Source of the DNA: Promethearchaeota archaeon
GTDB lineage: Archaea; Asgardarchaeota; Lokiarchaeia; Sigyniarchaeales; SOKP01
Assembly: GCA_048941285.1 (NCBI GenBank)
Contig: JBHLNS010000020.1
Location: forward strand, 1 to 49,674
Direction: 5' to 3'
DNA length: 49,674 bases
In this document: one piece after another, positions 37,180 to 46,872 of the stretch
How the letters are laid out: each line of letters begins with the position of its first letter
How positions within the stretch are numbered: position 1 is the stretch's first letter
Notes under the pieces: generated by a model
Told to the model about the DNA's origin: nothing
The model's database searches: none
Seen by the model: the letters and a program-made list of their open reading frames with translations, nothing else
Position numbers and translations under genes: made by a program

Positions 37180-38448
37180 TTACGAATTTTTCTTTCTTTT
37201 TCCTCCACTTCCGATTTTTCTCACAATCCATTCAGGTGTTCCAACACCCCCAAAAAATTTCAACCAAAGATACATAAGTAGCCCTAGAAATCCACAATAC
37301 CCTACCCAGACAATTGGATAAAAAATAATTGAAAATTGGCCACTATATAAAGGTAAGAACAAATATTGAATTAAGAAAAGTGAGAGACTTGTCTTTCCGT
37401 AAAATAATAGTAATTTTACGACATCATTAGTTTTATTTTTAATATCAATAAAGTAAAAACAAATCGCTATAAGTAAAAAAGCAACACCGAGATTGTAGAA
37501 CATATTTTGGCCAGTACATCTTACCATATACATCGGCATTGCATCAAAATGATAATAATCTTGCATGTTGGCAATCCGCAATAAATCAATATGTAAATAT
37601 TCCGAAAGCACAAGTACCCCGGGAGATGAATCAGTCCCGGGAATAACTCTTGCTAATCCAGATTCCCATATGTTGAAAGTAACGCCCCTTGGAACAATTA
37701 TGAATATTCCAACTACGATAAATACAATACCGTAAATACTAAATATTCGAAATAATTTATAATAAGCTTTTTTACTCCCTTTTATCATTGCCTCGTGAAG
37801 AAACTCCCCAAAGATAGTAGACATGAAACAAATTGCTAAGAATGGTAAAATTGGTGCTTGAGGAAGTGGAGAAGTTATAAAAAAATGTAGGATATCAATC
37901 AATATGTTTGCATCCTGGAATTCATAAAGGAGATCCCGAATCCATGGAGAAAAGTAAATAATTAATACGCCAATTACAGCTCGTGTAATCTTGTTGAATT
38001 TTATAGCATAATAAGATAAAATTTGAGAAAATCCTATAAATACTAAAATGTTCCAACCCCATAAATTAAAAGGGAATGGAACTGAAACACCTGAAGTTAG
38101 TAAAGACATAGGATTGAAGAGCATACCTATAGCAATAATTACTCCTCCACGTATAAAAATACCATTACGAACTGCTTTATCAGATATCGTTTTCTTTTTT
38201 CTTTTAAGACTGAAAACAACACTAAGAGCAGAAAGAAAAACAAATAAAGAAGGGCCTAGAACATCCATAAAAGCAAAAACAAGTCCATAAATATACACCC
38301 AATCACTATCCAACCAACTAATAGCGGCATGAGCTAATATTATCCACACTAATGCAAAACCTTTGACAAAATCTATTGACGCAATGCGTCTTGATGTATT
38401 ATTACTAATATCATTATTAAAGAGTTCTTCCTCAATTTTCACCGACAT
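37180..38448 (-). CDS. HGSNAT-like / DUF1624 transmembrane acyltransferase
   Basis: RRIASIDFVKGFAL..IILAH, PSLFVFLSALS, WNILVFIG and GKTSLSLF. Confidence 0.8.
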   Translation of the reverse strand: MSVKIEEELFNNDISNNTSRRIASIDFVKGFALVWIILAHAAISWLDSDWVYIYGLVFAFMDVLGPSLFVFLSALSVVFSLKRKKKTISDKAVRNGIFIRGGVIIAIGMLFNPMSLLTSGVSVPFPFNLWGWNILVFIGFSQILSYYAIKFNKITRAVIGVLIIYFSPWIRDLLYEFQDANILIDILHFFITSPLPQAPILPFLAICFMSTIFGEFLHEAMIKGSKKAYYKLFRIFSIYGIVFIVVGIFIIVPRGVTFNIWESGLARVIPGTDSSPGVLVLSEYLHIDLLRIANMQDYYHFDAMPMYMVRCTGQNMFYNLGVAFLLIAICFYFIDIKNKTNDVVKLLLFYGKTSLSLFLIQYLFLPLYSGQFSIIFYPIVWVGYCGFLGLLMYLWLKFFGGVGTPEWIVRKIGSGGKRKKNS

Positions 38449-38616
38449 TCTTAATCCTACTCATTTTAATAAAAAAAAAAACAAATTATTTTCTTAACTA
38501 AAATTTTATAATACTAATATTCAACGACTATTTATTTAAAACCTTTCTTTATCATTAAAGTTAGTGCGGTCTATTAGTAAAATCTCTGTTATTAGAAAGA
38601 AATCATAACATACATT

Positions 38617-39909
38617 CTATAAATTTGATCTAATTTGATTCTTATAATATACAATTAAAAAATAATAGAGTAAAGTCATCAAAACTAAGCCACCAATGTT
38701 AAAAGGGAAAAATAGATAGGTTAAATAAAATATTCCCCAGAAAATGACCATTAATATGGCAATAAGATAATAGAGATATTTAACGATGTTATAATATTTG
38801 AATTCTTTGTTTATGAGTAGAAAAAAAATGATAAATGGTGTTAAAACTACAATGTGATGAGGCCAAGAATCAAAATAAATAATTAATAATACTGTAAGTC
38901 CACCTAAATAACCATTGAATAAATTAAGTGGGTGGATTGTATCTTGGATATACAAAAAGTATATAGGAATTAATATTAGCAAGGTTATTATAATAAAAAT
39001 TAGAAATCCACTGATTTCGATATTAATTATTTCGAAGAAAATTAAAACAATTCTTGTTAGACTGAATGATGGATTTATTTCGATACCTCCTTCAATAGCA
39101 TATGTATATTCTCCAGTAAGATTAACAGCAATAAAATCACTAAACATCTGGGGATAAATAAAGAAAAATAAACTTGACAAAAATATTAAAATAAGAGCCC
39201 CTGATAATCGAATGAAAGTTCTTTGAAGCAAAAAAGAAAATTTCTTACTTTTTCTATTATAATTAAAAATTATTAAAAATAGGAGGAGTAAAATTAAAGT
39301 GGGTCGAAATAAGATTCCTAATCCTAATAAAAATCCTCCTATTAATTCATTCTTTACACCACCTTTCAAAAAATACAATAATGAAGAAAGAATGAAAACA
39401 CATACAATTATATTTATTTGTCCTAAGAAATAATTCATGAATTGCGCTAAACTTATTAAAAAAAAGGCATTCTGATGAAGAATTGATTCATTTTCTTCTT
39501 TTTGAAAAATATCTATAAACTTCTTAGTGTCATATTTTAACTCAGAGTCTTTAGACACGTTTTTGTAAATTTGAATAATTTTGAACATTAAAAAAATTAT
39601 TAATAGGTTTAGAAAGAAATTGAATAGTTGGAAAATAAAATACCCTAATTCTAGTCCCAAAATCGAAAATGGAGTAAAAAAGTAGGCCGAAATCGGTAAA
39701 TATCTAAAAGGAAATGGTGATAGAGAAGAATTGTATAAATTAGGTAAATCTTCAATAACATTTAATCCAGCATAATAAAATGAAAGATAATCGTTTTCAT
39801 TAATATTCATTAGGGGACTATTTAGAAAATAAAAAAAAATGAATGTTAAGATCAAATAGAAAGCATTTACAATGCAAGCTATAAAAAAAAAAATTCGTGT
39901 TTTATACAT
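38617..39909 (-). CDS. GT87/DUF2029-like GT-C fold glycosyltransferase
   Basis: NDYLSFYYAG, NLY...PFRYLP...YFFTPF, NYFLGQIN and SWPHH; many TM helices. Confidence 0.8.
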   Translation of the reverse strand: MYKTRIFFFIACIVNAFYLILTFIFFYFLNSPLMNINENDYLSFYYAGLNVIEDLPNLYNSSLSPFPFRYLPISAYFFTPFSILGLELGYFIFQLFNFFLNLLIIFLMFKIIQIYKNVSKDSELKYDTKKFIDIFQKEENESILHQNAFFLISLAQFMNYFLGQINIIVCVFILSSLLYFLKGGVKNELIGGFLLGLGILFRPTLILLLLFLIIFNYNRKSKKFSFLLQRTFIRLSGALILIFLSSLFFFIYPQMFSDFIAVNLTGEYTYAIEGGIEINPSFSLTRIVLIFFEIINIEISGFLIFIIITLLILIPIYFLYIQDTIHPLNLFNGYLGGLTVLLIIYFDSWPHHIVVLTPFIIFFLLINKEFKYYNIVKYLYYLIAILMVIFWGIFYLTYLFFPFNIGGLVLMTLLYYFLIVYYKNQIRSNL

Positions 39910-39944
39910 TAAAAATCTTCTTTATATTAAGCTATATGATGAAT

Positions 39945-41345
39945 TTATTCATTTCTTCTGTCTTTACTTAATTTTTTCATAAAATCTTCCATTTTTTTAA
40001 CTTTCTCGCGCTTCTTAATTTTAGCATACATCTTTTTAGTAGTCTTCTTAACTGCTTCACCTGATTTCTGACCTATTCTACCTAATTGAACCATTAACCA
40101 TTCAGGAGACCCTACACCTTTACCGTATTCCATCCAAACATACATAAATATACCAAGAAACCCAATATATGAAAGACTGACGGTTAGGAAGAAAGGAACA
40201 TTAAATTGACGTAAAAACATAGGAATAAATAAGAAGTGAATCAGAAACAAGCTTAGTGAAATTTTTCCAAAATATATTAACATATTGGTGAAGTTATTAG
40301 ATCTTTCCTTGATATCGATAAAATAGAAGAAACATGCTATAATTAATAATGAAGCTCCTTGGTTATAAAACATATTAGCACTTGTTCCTCTTATTAAAAA
40401 ATTCGGCATTCCTGGAATTACAAAAAAATCTTGAAGATTAGCGATTTCTAAATTGCTTAAATGAGTATATTCAGCTATTCCTCCAATCATTGTTGCAGGA
40501 GTTTCTAAAGTCCATCCAGGTTCCCATACTGCAAAATTTAATCCATCGGGATAGTAAGCAAAGATCCCAATTAAAACAAATATTATTCCCCAAACAAAAA
40601 AGATCCTAAATAAACCAATATAAGCATCTTTTGTGCTTTTGTTCATCGCTTCATAGATATATTCTCCAAAAATCGTAGATATAAAAGAAATTGAAACCCA
40701 TGGAAGTAATGTTAAATGAGGCGTCGGAGAAGTAATGATATAATGGAATATGCTTAATAATATATTTCCTTCTACTTTTCCTAGATAAAGAATAGCTCTT
40801 AATGAAGGAGAGAGAAGAATAATTATTATTCCCAGGATAATACGCCAAGATTTTCTTATCTTTAAGATGTAGTAAGAAATAATTTGAGAAATTCCAATAA
40901 ATGTAATTATATTCCATCCATATATAGCAATCTTTAACTCCCCTGCTTCAATAACTACTATATTAGTGAGCATTCCAATTACCATCATTACAAGCCCTCG
41001 AGTAAAAACTCTATTTCTGATTATTTTAGGATGAATTAGACCTTCTTTTCTCTTAATACTAAATATTACACTAAGCGCTGAAAGGAATACAAATAATGAG
41101 GGTCCTAATATATCTAATAAGGCAAACATCAAACCATATAGGTAATAAGAATCGAGATCTAGCCAACCGCTAGCAGTATGAGCTAAAATTATAAAAACAA
41201 TAGCAAAACCTTTGACAAAATCTATAGACATAATTCGTCTAGGGGAAGCATAATCTTTAATATCTTCAAGAGGAATCTCCTCCTTCAGGTAATTGAAAAG
41301 TGGAGGTGATTCGGTTTCAATTTCTATATTGGATTCAGACGCCAT
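39945..41345 (-). CDS. HGSNAT-like / DUF1624 transmembrane acyltransferase, paralogue of 37180-38448
   Basis: RRIMSIDFVKGFAI..IILAH, LGPSLFVFLSALSVIFS and GKISLSLF. Confidence 0.8.
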   Translation of the reverse strand: MASESNIEIETESPPLFNYLKEEIPLEDIKDYASPRRIMSIDFVKGFAIVFIILAHTASGWLDLDSYYLYGLMFALLDILGPSLFVFLSALSVIFSIKRKEGLIHPKIIRNRVFTRGLVMMVIGMLTNIVVIEAGELKIAIYGWNIITFIGISQIISYYILKIRKSWRIILGIIIILLSPSLRAILYLGKVEGNILLSIFHYIITSPTPHLTLLPWVSISFISTIFGEYIYEAMNKSTKDAYIGLFRIFFVWGIIFVLIGIFAYYPDGLNFAVWEPGWTLETPATMIGGIAEYTHLSNLEIANLQDFFVIPGMPNFLIRGTSANMFYNQGASLLIIACFFYFIDIKERSNNFTNMLIYFGKISLSLFLIHFLFIPMFLRQFNVPFFLTVSLSYIGFLGIFMYVWMEYGKGVGSPEWLMVQLGRIGQKSGEAVKKTTKKMYAKIKKREKVKKMEDFMKKLSKDRRNE

Positions 41346-41478
41346 TTTAACTCAAAATTTTATTGGGATTAGAATTCAAAAACTAAGAAAAATTAAAATT
41401 TTCTAAATTTATTTTAATATTATTCTTTTTGAATTTTTATAATTTTTTAAATTTTAATGCAAATTTGTTTGAAATTTC

Positions 41479-41901
41479 ATGGAACTTAAAAAATACATTA
41501 ATGCCCATATGATTGGTTTAATTGGTTCAATTGTTTTAATTTTATCTGAATTTTTTTCTTGGTTCTCTGATTATAATTTAATTGAGGAGTATATTTTCTA
41601 TAGCATAACACCTATAGAGGACTCTTTTTTATATCTATTTCCGCTATTAAGTGGAATTGTTTGCTTAATTGCTAGTATTCTAGTAATTTATAAAATAGAA
41701 TTAAAAATTAAATCTATAATAATATTTTTTGTTGGGTCTGGGTTTTTTATATTATTTTTTATAGATTATATCATTCAAGAAATACCTTCCTTTCCGAATC
41801 CGGGTATTGGATTTTATTTAGGGGTAGTTGGATTCCTATTAATCATCTTTAATATATTAAACATGCTATTAACAAAAGAAAAACAAGAGGAAGGTAATTA
41901 A
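41479..41901 (+). CDS. 4-TM membrane protein
   Basis: Four hydrophobic segments; FFSWF and PGIGFYLG. Confidence 0.8.
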   Translation: MELKKYINAHMIGLIGSIVLILSEFFSWFSDYNLIEEYIFYSITPIEDSFLYLFPLLSGIVCLIASILVIYKIELKIKSIIIFFVGSGFFILFFIDYIIQEIPSFPNPGIGFYLGVVGFLLIIFNILNMLLTKEKQEEGN

Positions 41902-41903
41902 GA

Positions 41904-42794
41904 ATTTCTAATAAATCTAATGAATCTGAGAAAGAATCCAATGAACAAGATGCTGAAGCAAGTTATTATTATGCCCTTAGTCATGATATCCGAAGAAAAA
42001 TAATAAAAATTATTGGAGATAATGAATTCACAACTTTTACTAAACTTAAAAAAGAATTAGGAGTAAGTACAGGAACGATATATCATCATCTAGATACATT
42101 ATCAGAACTAGTTGAACAAAAAAAAAATAAGAAATATTATCTGAAGGAATTAGGGATATACGCATATAATTCCTTAAAAAATAATATTGAAACCATTAGG
42201 AAACCAGATTTTGCACATAGGGAAATAAAATATCCAATTTTACGTAAATTGATGTGGATTACGTCAAAAAGATTTATCCAGTTCGAGCAGAAAGATAAGA
42301 AATATTCTATTATTATTTCAATAGGAATTCTTGTATTAGGAACGATTTTATGCCAATTGAATGGTTTTTATTCATTTTTATTATTTTTTATGGAGATTAG
42401 TCAATACAATTTGGAATTTTATTTTGAGTTTTTAATTAGTTTAAGTTTTATCGTAAATTTCTTATTATTTTTTGCCATAATAGAAGCCATTTCTCGTCTT
42501 ATTTATAAAAAGAATGAAAATCTGCTAAATTTTTTAATTTCTTTTGCAATTATTTTGTATCCTATGATCTTTTTCCTAGTAATTCATTTTATTTTTAATT
42601 GGTTCAATCTGTTAATCTTAAATATATTTAATTTAATTGATAAAATTCTATTGATTATCTTCCAAGTTTGGTCATTATGGTTATTATCATATAGTTTATG
42701 TGTGAAAAAGGGATTAAAAATAGAGAGTAGTTTATTAGTTTCACTTTTACTCCATTATGGCGGCTTTACTATAATATTGGTTTTTTTGGTTTAA
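41904..42794 (+). CDS. ArsR-like winged HTH fused to a Yip1-like multi-TM domain (probable ATT start; ORF track gives only 42249-42794)
   Basis: The frame is open from the stop at 41895-41897: ISNKSNE...YYALSHDIRRKIIKIIG...TFTKLKKELGVSTGTIYHHLDTLSELVEQ...KYYLKELG. It continues without a stop into the TM ORF, with no ATG/GTG/TTG before 42249. Confidence 0.8.
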   Translation: MSNKSNESEKESNEQDAEASYYYALSHDIRRKIIKIIGDNEFTTFTKLKKELGVSTGTIYHHLDTLSELVEQKKNKKYYLKELGIYAYNSLKNNIETIRKPDFAHREIKYPILRKLMWITSKRFIQFEQKDKKYSIIISIGILVLGTILCQLNGFYSFLLFFMEISQYNLEFYFEFLISLSFIVNFLLFFAIIEAISRLIYKKNENLLNFLISFAIILYPMIFFLVIHFIFNWFNLLILNIFNLIDKILLIIFQVWSLWLLSYSLCVKKGLKIESSLLVSLLLHYGGFTIILVFLV

Positions 42795-44085
42795 CAATAT
42801 TGAAATTAAACTTTTCTAAAGACTTAATTATCTCATTTAATTTTATTTTTGAGGAAGCTAAGTCAGTTGTTTTTGTAGCAACGAAACAAGAATATTTATT
42901 ATCATTGAACGATATTGGTGGAGTAACGAATTCAGGGATTAGTTTTATCAACTTGGGTATTATTTTTTCCTTGCAAAATTCCATATTTTCAACAAAATTA
43001 TAGTAAAAATCAATTCGCGTAAAATAAGAATAATATTTTAAATCTATTTCAAATTTGCTAATATTTTTAATCCTAGAATTAAAAATTAATTCTGCGCAGT
43101 TAAAATTAAGTATATTTCTTAACCCGATATATGATGTGGTTAATCTAGGGTTGATTTCTATAAAAGTGAATAATTTATTATTGTCTTCGATAAAATCAAT
43201 GCCAAAGTATCCTTCGATATTAAGATTCTTTAATTTTTCTATGGTATTTGTCAATTGATTGATAATATCTTTATAATTTTCCAAAGGAGTATAACCACCA
43301 AGGTATTCAGGTGTCTTATCCGTGATATTAATATTTTGAGAATTAATGCTCAATATTAATGGATTTACAAATAAATTTGGTGATCCTATTATAGACATGC
43401 TTAAATTGCTTCCACTAATAAATTGTTGAATAATATAATTCCTTTTCTTCTCTAATTTTTGCTCAAAATTTATATAGAAATTCAAGATTTGAGACTCATT
43501 TTCAAAATAATTTATTGATTCTGCTCCAACTCCATCTTCAGGTTTAATAACAATAGGGCATTTTAATTCTCTAAATTTATGAATGATAAAATCTAAATCT
43601 AAAGTTTGTTCTTTAAAAGGTATTCGATAAGTTTTTGGTGTAGAAATCTTAACATTATTGAAGATGTTGTGACTAATGATTTTTGATGAACCATATTTTA
43701 TTCCCCTTAAATTTGTGCTTAATATGATTTTACCAGACTTTTTAACAATCTCTGTTAAATTGTATAGAATATTCAAGGTTTCGGGAGCAATAATAAACAC
43801 ATACTTGCATTTCATTACGCAATCCTTGAAAGTCTTAAGAGAATTTTCATTTTTCCTCACATTTAATATATGATCAGCTTTGATAAATTTAGATAAAAAA
43901 GAAATCCTATAATCTAACGTTGTATAAATCTCAAAATCTAATAGCTTAAAGTCTGCAGTGATCGATCTTAACATGCCAAATCCTTCACAAAAGAGTGAAG
44001 TCGGAATAATAGTATTATTAAAACCACCACCAGAAACAAATTCAAAAATAAAGATTTTATTATTCAATTTCAAATTTTTTTTCAA
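42769..44085 (-). CDS. ATP-grasp ligase, MfnD (tyramine--L-glutamate ligase)-like
   Basis: FEFVSGGG, EGFGML, IIAPE, KPEDGVGA and IEINPRLTTSY. Confidence 0.8.
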   Translation of the reverse strand: MKKNLKLNNKIFIFEFVSGGGFNNTIIPTSLFCEGFGMLRSITADFKLLDFEIYTTLDYRISFLSKFIKADHILNVRKNENSLKTFKDCVMKCKYVFIIAPETLNILYNLTEIVKKSGKIILSTNLRGIKYGSSKIISHNIFNNVKISTPKTYRIPFKEQTLDLDFIIHKFRELKCPIVIKPEDGVGAESINYFENESQILNFYINFEQKLEKKRNYIIQQFISGSNLSMSIIGSPNLFVNPLILSINSQNINITDKTPEYLGGYTPLENYKDIINQLTNTIEKLKNLNIEGYFGIDFIEDNNKLFTFIEINPRLTTSYIGLRNILNFNCAELIFNSRIKNISKFEIDLKYYSYFTRIDFYYNFVENMEFCKEKIIPKLIKLIPEFVTPPISFNDNKYSCFVATKTTDLASSKIKLNEIIKSLEKFNFNIVKPKKPIL

Positions 44086-44229
44086 TATAATTATTCTAAT
44101 TTAAACATAAAACAAAGTGACTTATATTTCAAAATTCTCAATGGATTTAAAAATTTCATCAAAAGATTTTAAAAGAATTATAAAATATTGTTATGTAACT
44201 AAAATTTATTAAAAAATGCTGGTTCTGAT

Positions 44230-45459
44230 ATGATTTTTGATGAAGAAACCATGAGAAGAATAAGGTATCTTCACTTTAAAATTAAACATTTAGAAGATGC
44301 TTTAGAAAAAGAAGATGAACAATTTAGTTCGGATGATTTAAATCTAGTATTGGAATATACTAAGATTTTAAATATTAATTATAAAAATGAAAACCATACA
44401 GAAATTTTAAAGGATTTAGATATAATTCAAACTTTTTATGACCCGATTGCAAATAAGGATATTGAAATTCAAGACTTAATGTTTGAATGCTCGCGTGCTT
44501 TATGGATTATGGCCAAAGCTTACTCTCAATTATCTGAAAAGTATGAAGAGGAAGAAGAATGGGAGAATGCAATAATAGCCATGACAGAATGCAGTAAAAT
44601 GTATAAAACTTCTGCATATTTTAGTGCTGCTGTTGTCCATCAAAAAGAAAAGGGAGAAATTCTCACTTCAGAAAACCTTGAGTTAAATTCAGAAGAATCA
44701 AGAATCCTTGCTCAAAGTCTTGCTGCATTACGAGAAGAAACAAATAATAATATTTACTTTTCTTCAAAATTATATGCAGGTCTAAGTATGTTATCAAAGC
44801 GATTATTTTATCTGAAAAAACATGAAGAAAAAAAGAAGCAACAAATAAGAGCTCAATTTCATTATGATATGGGAAAAGCTTGTTATCTTAAAGCACTTGC
44901 TTCCTTAGAATCATCAATTACATTAATAAATAAAGAAAAAGTATCGAAATTACAGCAAAAAGCCTTATGGTATTATATAAAAGCTAGAGATATTTGGGAG
45001 GATATGTTAAAAAATGTATCACTTACAAACGATGAGAAAGAAAATATTGAATTAAATTTATCGATAGTGAAAAATAATTTAAAAGAAAATAATTTAGAAG
45101 AACTAGATTATGAGGAGATAAAAAAGATACAAGATCCTGAACCAATTGTTATCATCCCAGAGAATTTAGCTCCCTTTGTACCAAAAAGTATTATTTACTT
45201 AACTAAATTTGTACCTAAAGACTTGAATATCAAACGGTTTAAATCATACCAAAAAAAAAAATTAGATGAAAAAATCCCCTATAGTAGAAAAGAAAAATTA
45301 ATAGACCAAAAGGCGGGAGTTGTAAGGACTATAAATGAGTTAAAACTATTAAAAGAAAATAATGAGATTGACATTGAAAAATTTGCTGACCTTATGGAGA
45401 AATATTCTGTAAAGTTAAAGATGATTGATTCAGCTATAGAGAAGTTAGCTAAAAGATAA
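44230..45459 (+). CDS. All-helical (TPR-like) hypothetical protein
   Basis: 409 aa with Ala/Tyr-rich amphipathic helices. Confidence 0.75.
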   Translation: MIFDEETMRRIRYLHFKIKHLEDALEKEDEQFSSDDLNLVLEYTKILNINYKNENHTEILKDLDIIQTFYDPIANKDIEIQDLMFECSRALWIMAKAYSQLSEKYEEEEEWENAIIAMTECSKMYKTSAYFSAAVVHQKEKGEILTSENLELNSEESRILAQSLAALREETNNNIYFSSKLYAGLSMLSKRLFYLKKHEEKKKQQIRAQFHYDMGKACYLKALASLESSITLINKEKVSKLQQKALWYYIKARDIWEDMLKNVSLTNDEKENIELNLSIVKNNLKENNLEELDYEEIKKIQDPEPIVIIPENLAPFVPKSIIYLTKFVPKDLNIKRFKSYQKKKLDEKIPYSRKEKLIDQKAGVVRTINELKLLKENNEIDIEKFADLMEKYSVKLKMIDSAIEKLAKR

Positions 45460-45502
45460 ATTTAAAGCAAATTAAAATTCCAAATTTAAATTTATTACCC
45501 TT

Positions 45503-45988
45503 CTATAATCTTTTTTCTGATTTTATGTACTTTTTACGATTTACTTCTATTTTGGCGTCTCTTCGAGATTGCTCTTGAAAAATTAGGTCATATACTTCTT
45601 TTAACACTATACCAATTAATAAAATTTCTATAAGAATTATAAGAGATATCATTAAAAGCTCTAAATTATTCAAATTTGTAAAAAATAGAGTCATAAATAG
45701 AAAAACGTGAGGTAGATAAATTAAAGTAGCTATTCCAATAGTCTTAGCAAATTTAATAATATATTTAGTTTCTAAGCTGAAAATTTTTGGCAATTTTAGT
45801 ACATTCCATAAATAATAAAGAGAAAAAAGAATGTTTATAGAACATAAGATAACGGTTAAAGTTCTTTGTTGTGATTGAATCCCTGTATATGATTTTAATA
45901 ATATTGATCCAAGCATAAAACTTATTGAAAATAATAATATCATCAGAGCTAAAGATAACAACCCATCGTGGAAATCTTTAAAATCCAA
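45503..45988 (-). CDS. 4-TM membrane protein
   Basis: Four hydrophobic segments and a charged C-tail. Confidence 0.75.
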   Translation of the reverse strand: MDFKDFHDGLLSLALMILLFSISFMLGSILLKSYTGIQSQQRTLTVILCSINILFSLYYLWNVLKLPKIFSLETKYIIKFAKTIGIATLIYLPHVFLFMTLFFTNLNNLELLMISLIILIEILLIGIVLKEVYDLIFQEQSRRDAKIEVNRKKYIKSEKRL

Positions 45989-46139
45989 TATTAGACCACT
46001 ATTCCATAAATAATAAGAAAATTGTATTTTGATGTATGGAAGATATTAATAATTTATTAAGTCAATTTACGTTGAATGATAATCTTTATTTTAGATATAT
46101 TTTCTATTTTTATTCTATGTAACCTTTTTAATATTTATT

Positions 46140-46403
46140 ATGTCTAAAGAAACTTCAATAGAATTAAGTGTTAAAAATATGCTTGCCGATTTAATATATC
46201 TCAATAGTATAATTGCAACTGAGCTTATTAAAATCACAGAAAACACAGCAACTATCCGACATGGTAAAGAATTTTTAATTGAAACAAATTGCCTATCTGA
46301 ACATCATGAATTGACTAAAGCTATCATTGAAATTGCAAAGAAATACAGAGAACCACAATTAGATTTAAAAATTTTAGAAAACCATGTTTTAAAACATATA
46401 TGA
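46140..46403 (+). CDS. Small hypothetical protein
   Basis: 87 aa, first gene of an apparent + strand run. Confidence 0.7.
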   Translation: MSKETSIELSVKNMLADLIYLNSIIATELIKITENTATIRHGKEFLIETNCLSEHHELTKAIIEIAKKYREPQLDLKILENHVLKHI

Positions 46404-46425
46404 TACTATTTAAAATCTCTAAATT

Positions 46426-46872
46426 ATGCCAGATAAACTTGATAAATTTGTAAAGGCCCTTCAAAAAGAAATAATTCAAAAAGAAATTTTAGATCATAGT
46501 GAAAAAATAGTAGAATTATTTTATAATCCACAAAATTGGGGAAAACCACCCAAAGAAGAAATAACGGTATTTGAAGAACGAAAAGATGATGTAAAAGGAT
46601 ATTTTTTAGGATTATATTTAAAAATTAAGAAAGATGTTATTATTCGAGCAAATTTCATAACAGATGGATGCGGAGTCTTAGTTGCGAGCGCTTCTCAATT
46701 AACAATAATTATTACAGATAAATCGGTAGAATTTGCTGATAACTTGAAACCAGAATATTTAATTAATAAGTTGAACGGGGTGCCTATCAATGAAATTCAT
46801 TACATTGATTTTGCTATTAAAACCCTTAAAAATGCAATTCAAAAATATAAAGATATTAATAAGCCTAGATGA
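46426..46872 (+). CDS. IscU/NifU-N-like scaffold protein retaining one of three cysteines
   Basis: HSEKIVELFYNPQNWG, ANFITDGCG...ASASQLT and LNGVP..EIHY. Confidence 0.8.
   Translation: MPDKLDKFVKALQKEIIQKEILDHSEKIVELFYNPQNWGKPPKEEITVFEERKDDVKGYFLGLYLKIKKDVIIRANFITDGCGVLVASASQLTIIITDKSVEFADNLKPEYLINKLNGVPINEIHYIDFAIKTLKNAIQKYKDINKPR

Noticed and set aside
1462-43873. Many short ORF-track entries nested in or antisense to long genes (e.g. 1771-2040, 2930-3154, 8776-9030, 13356-13667, 19747-20010, 34023-34304, 38048-38290, 42800-43003)
   Set aside because: They overlap well-supported genes and show no motifs; typical shadow ORFs.
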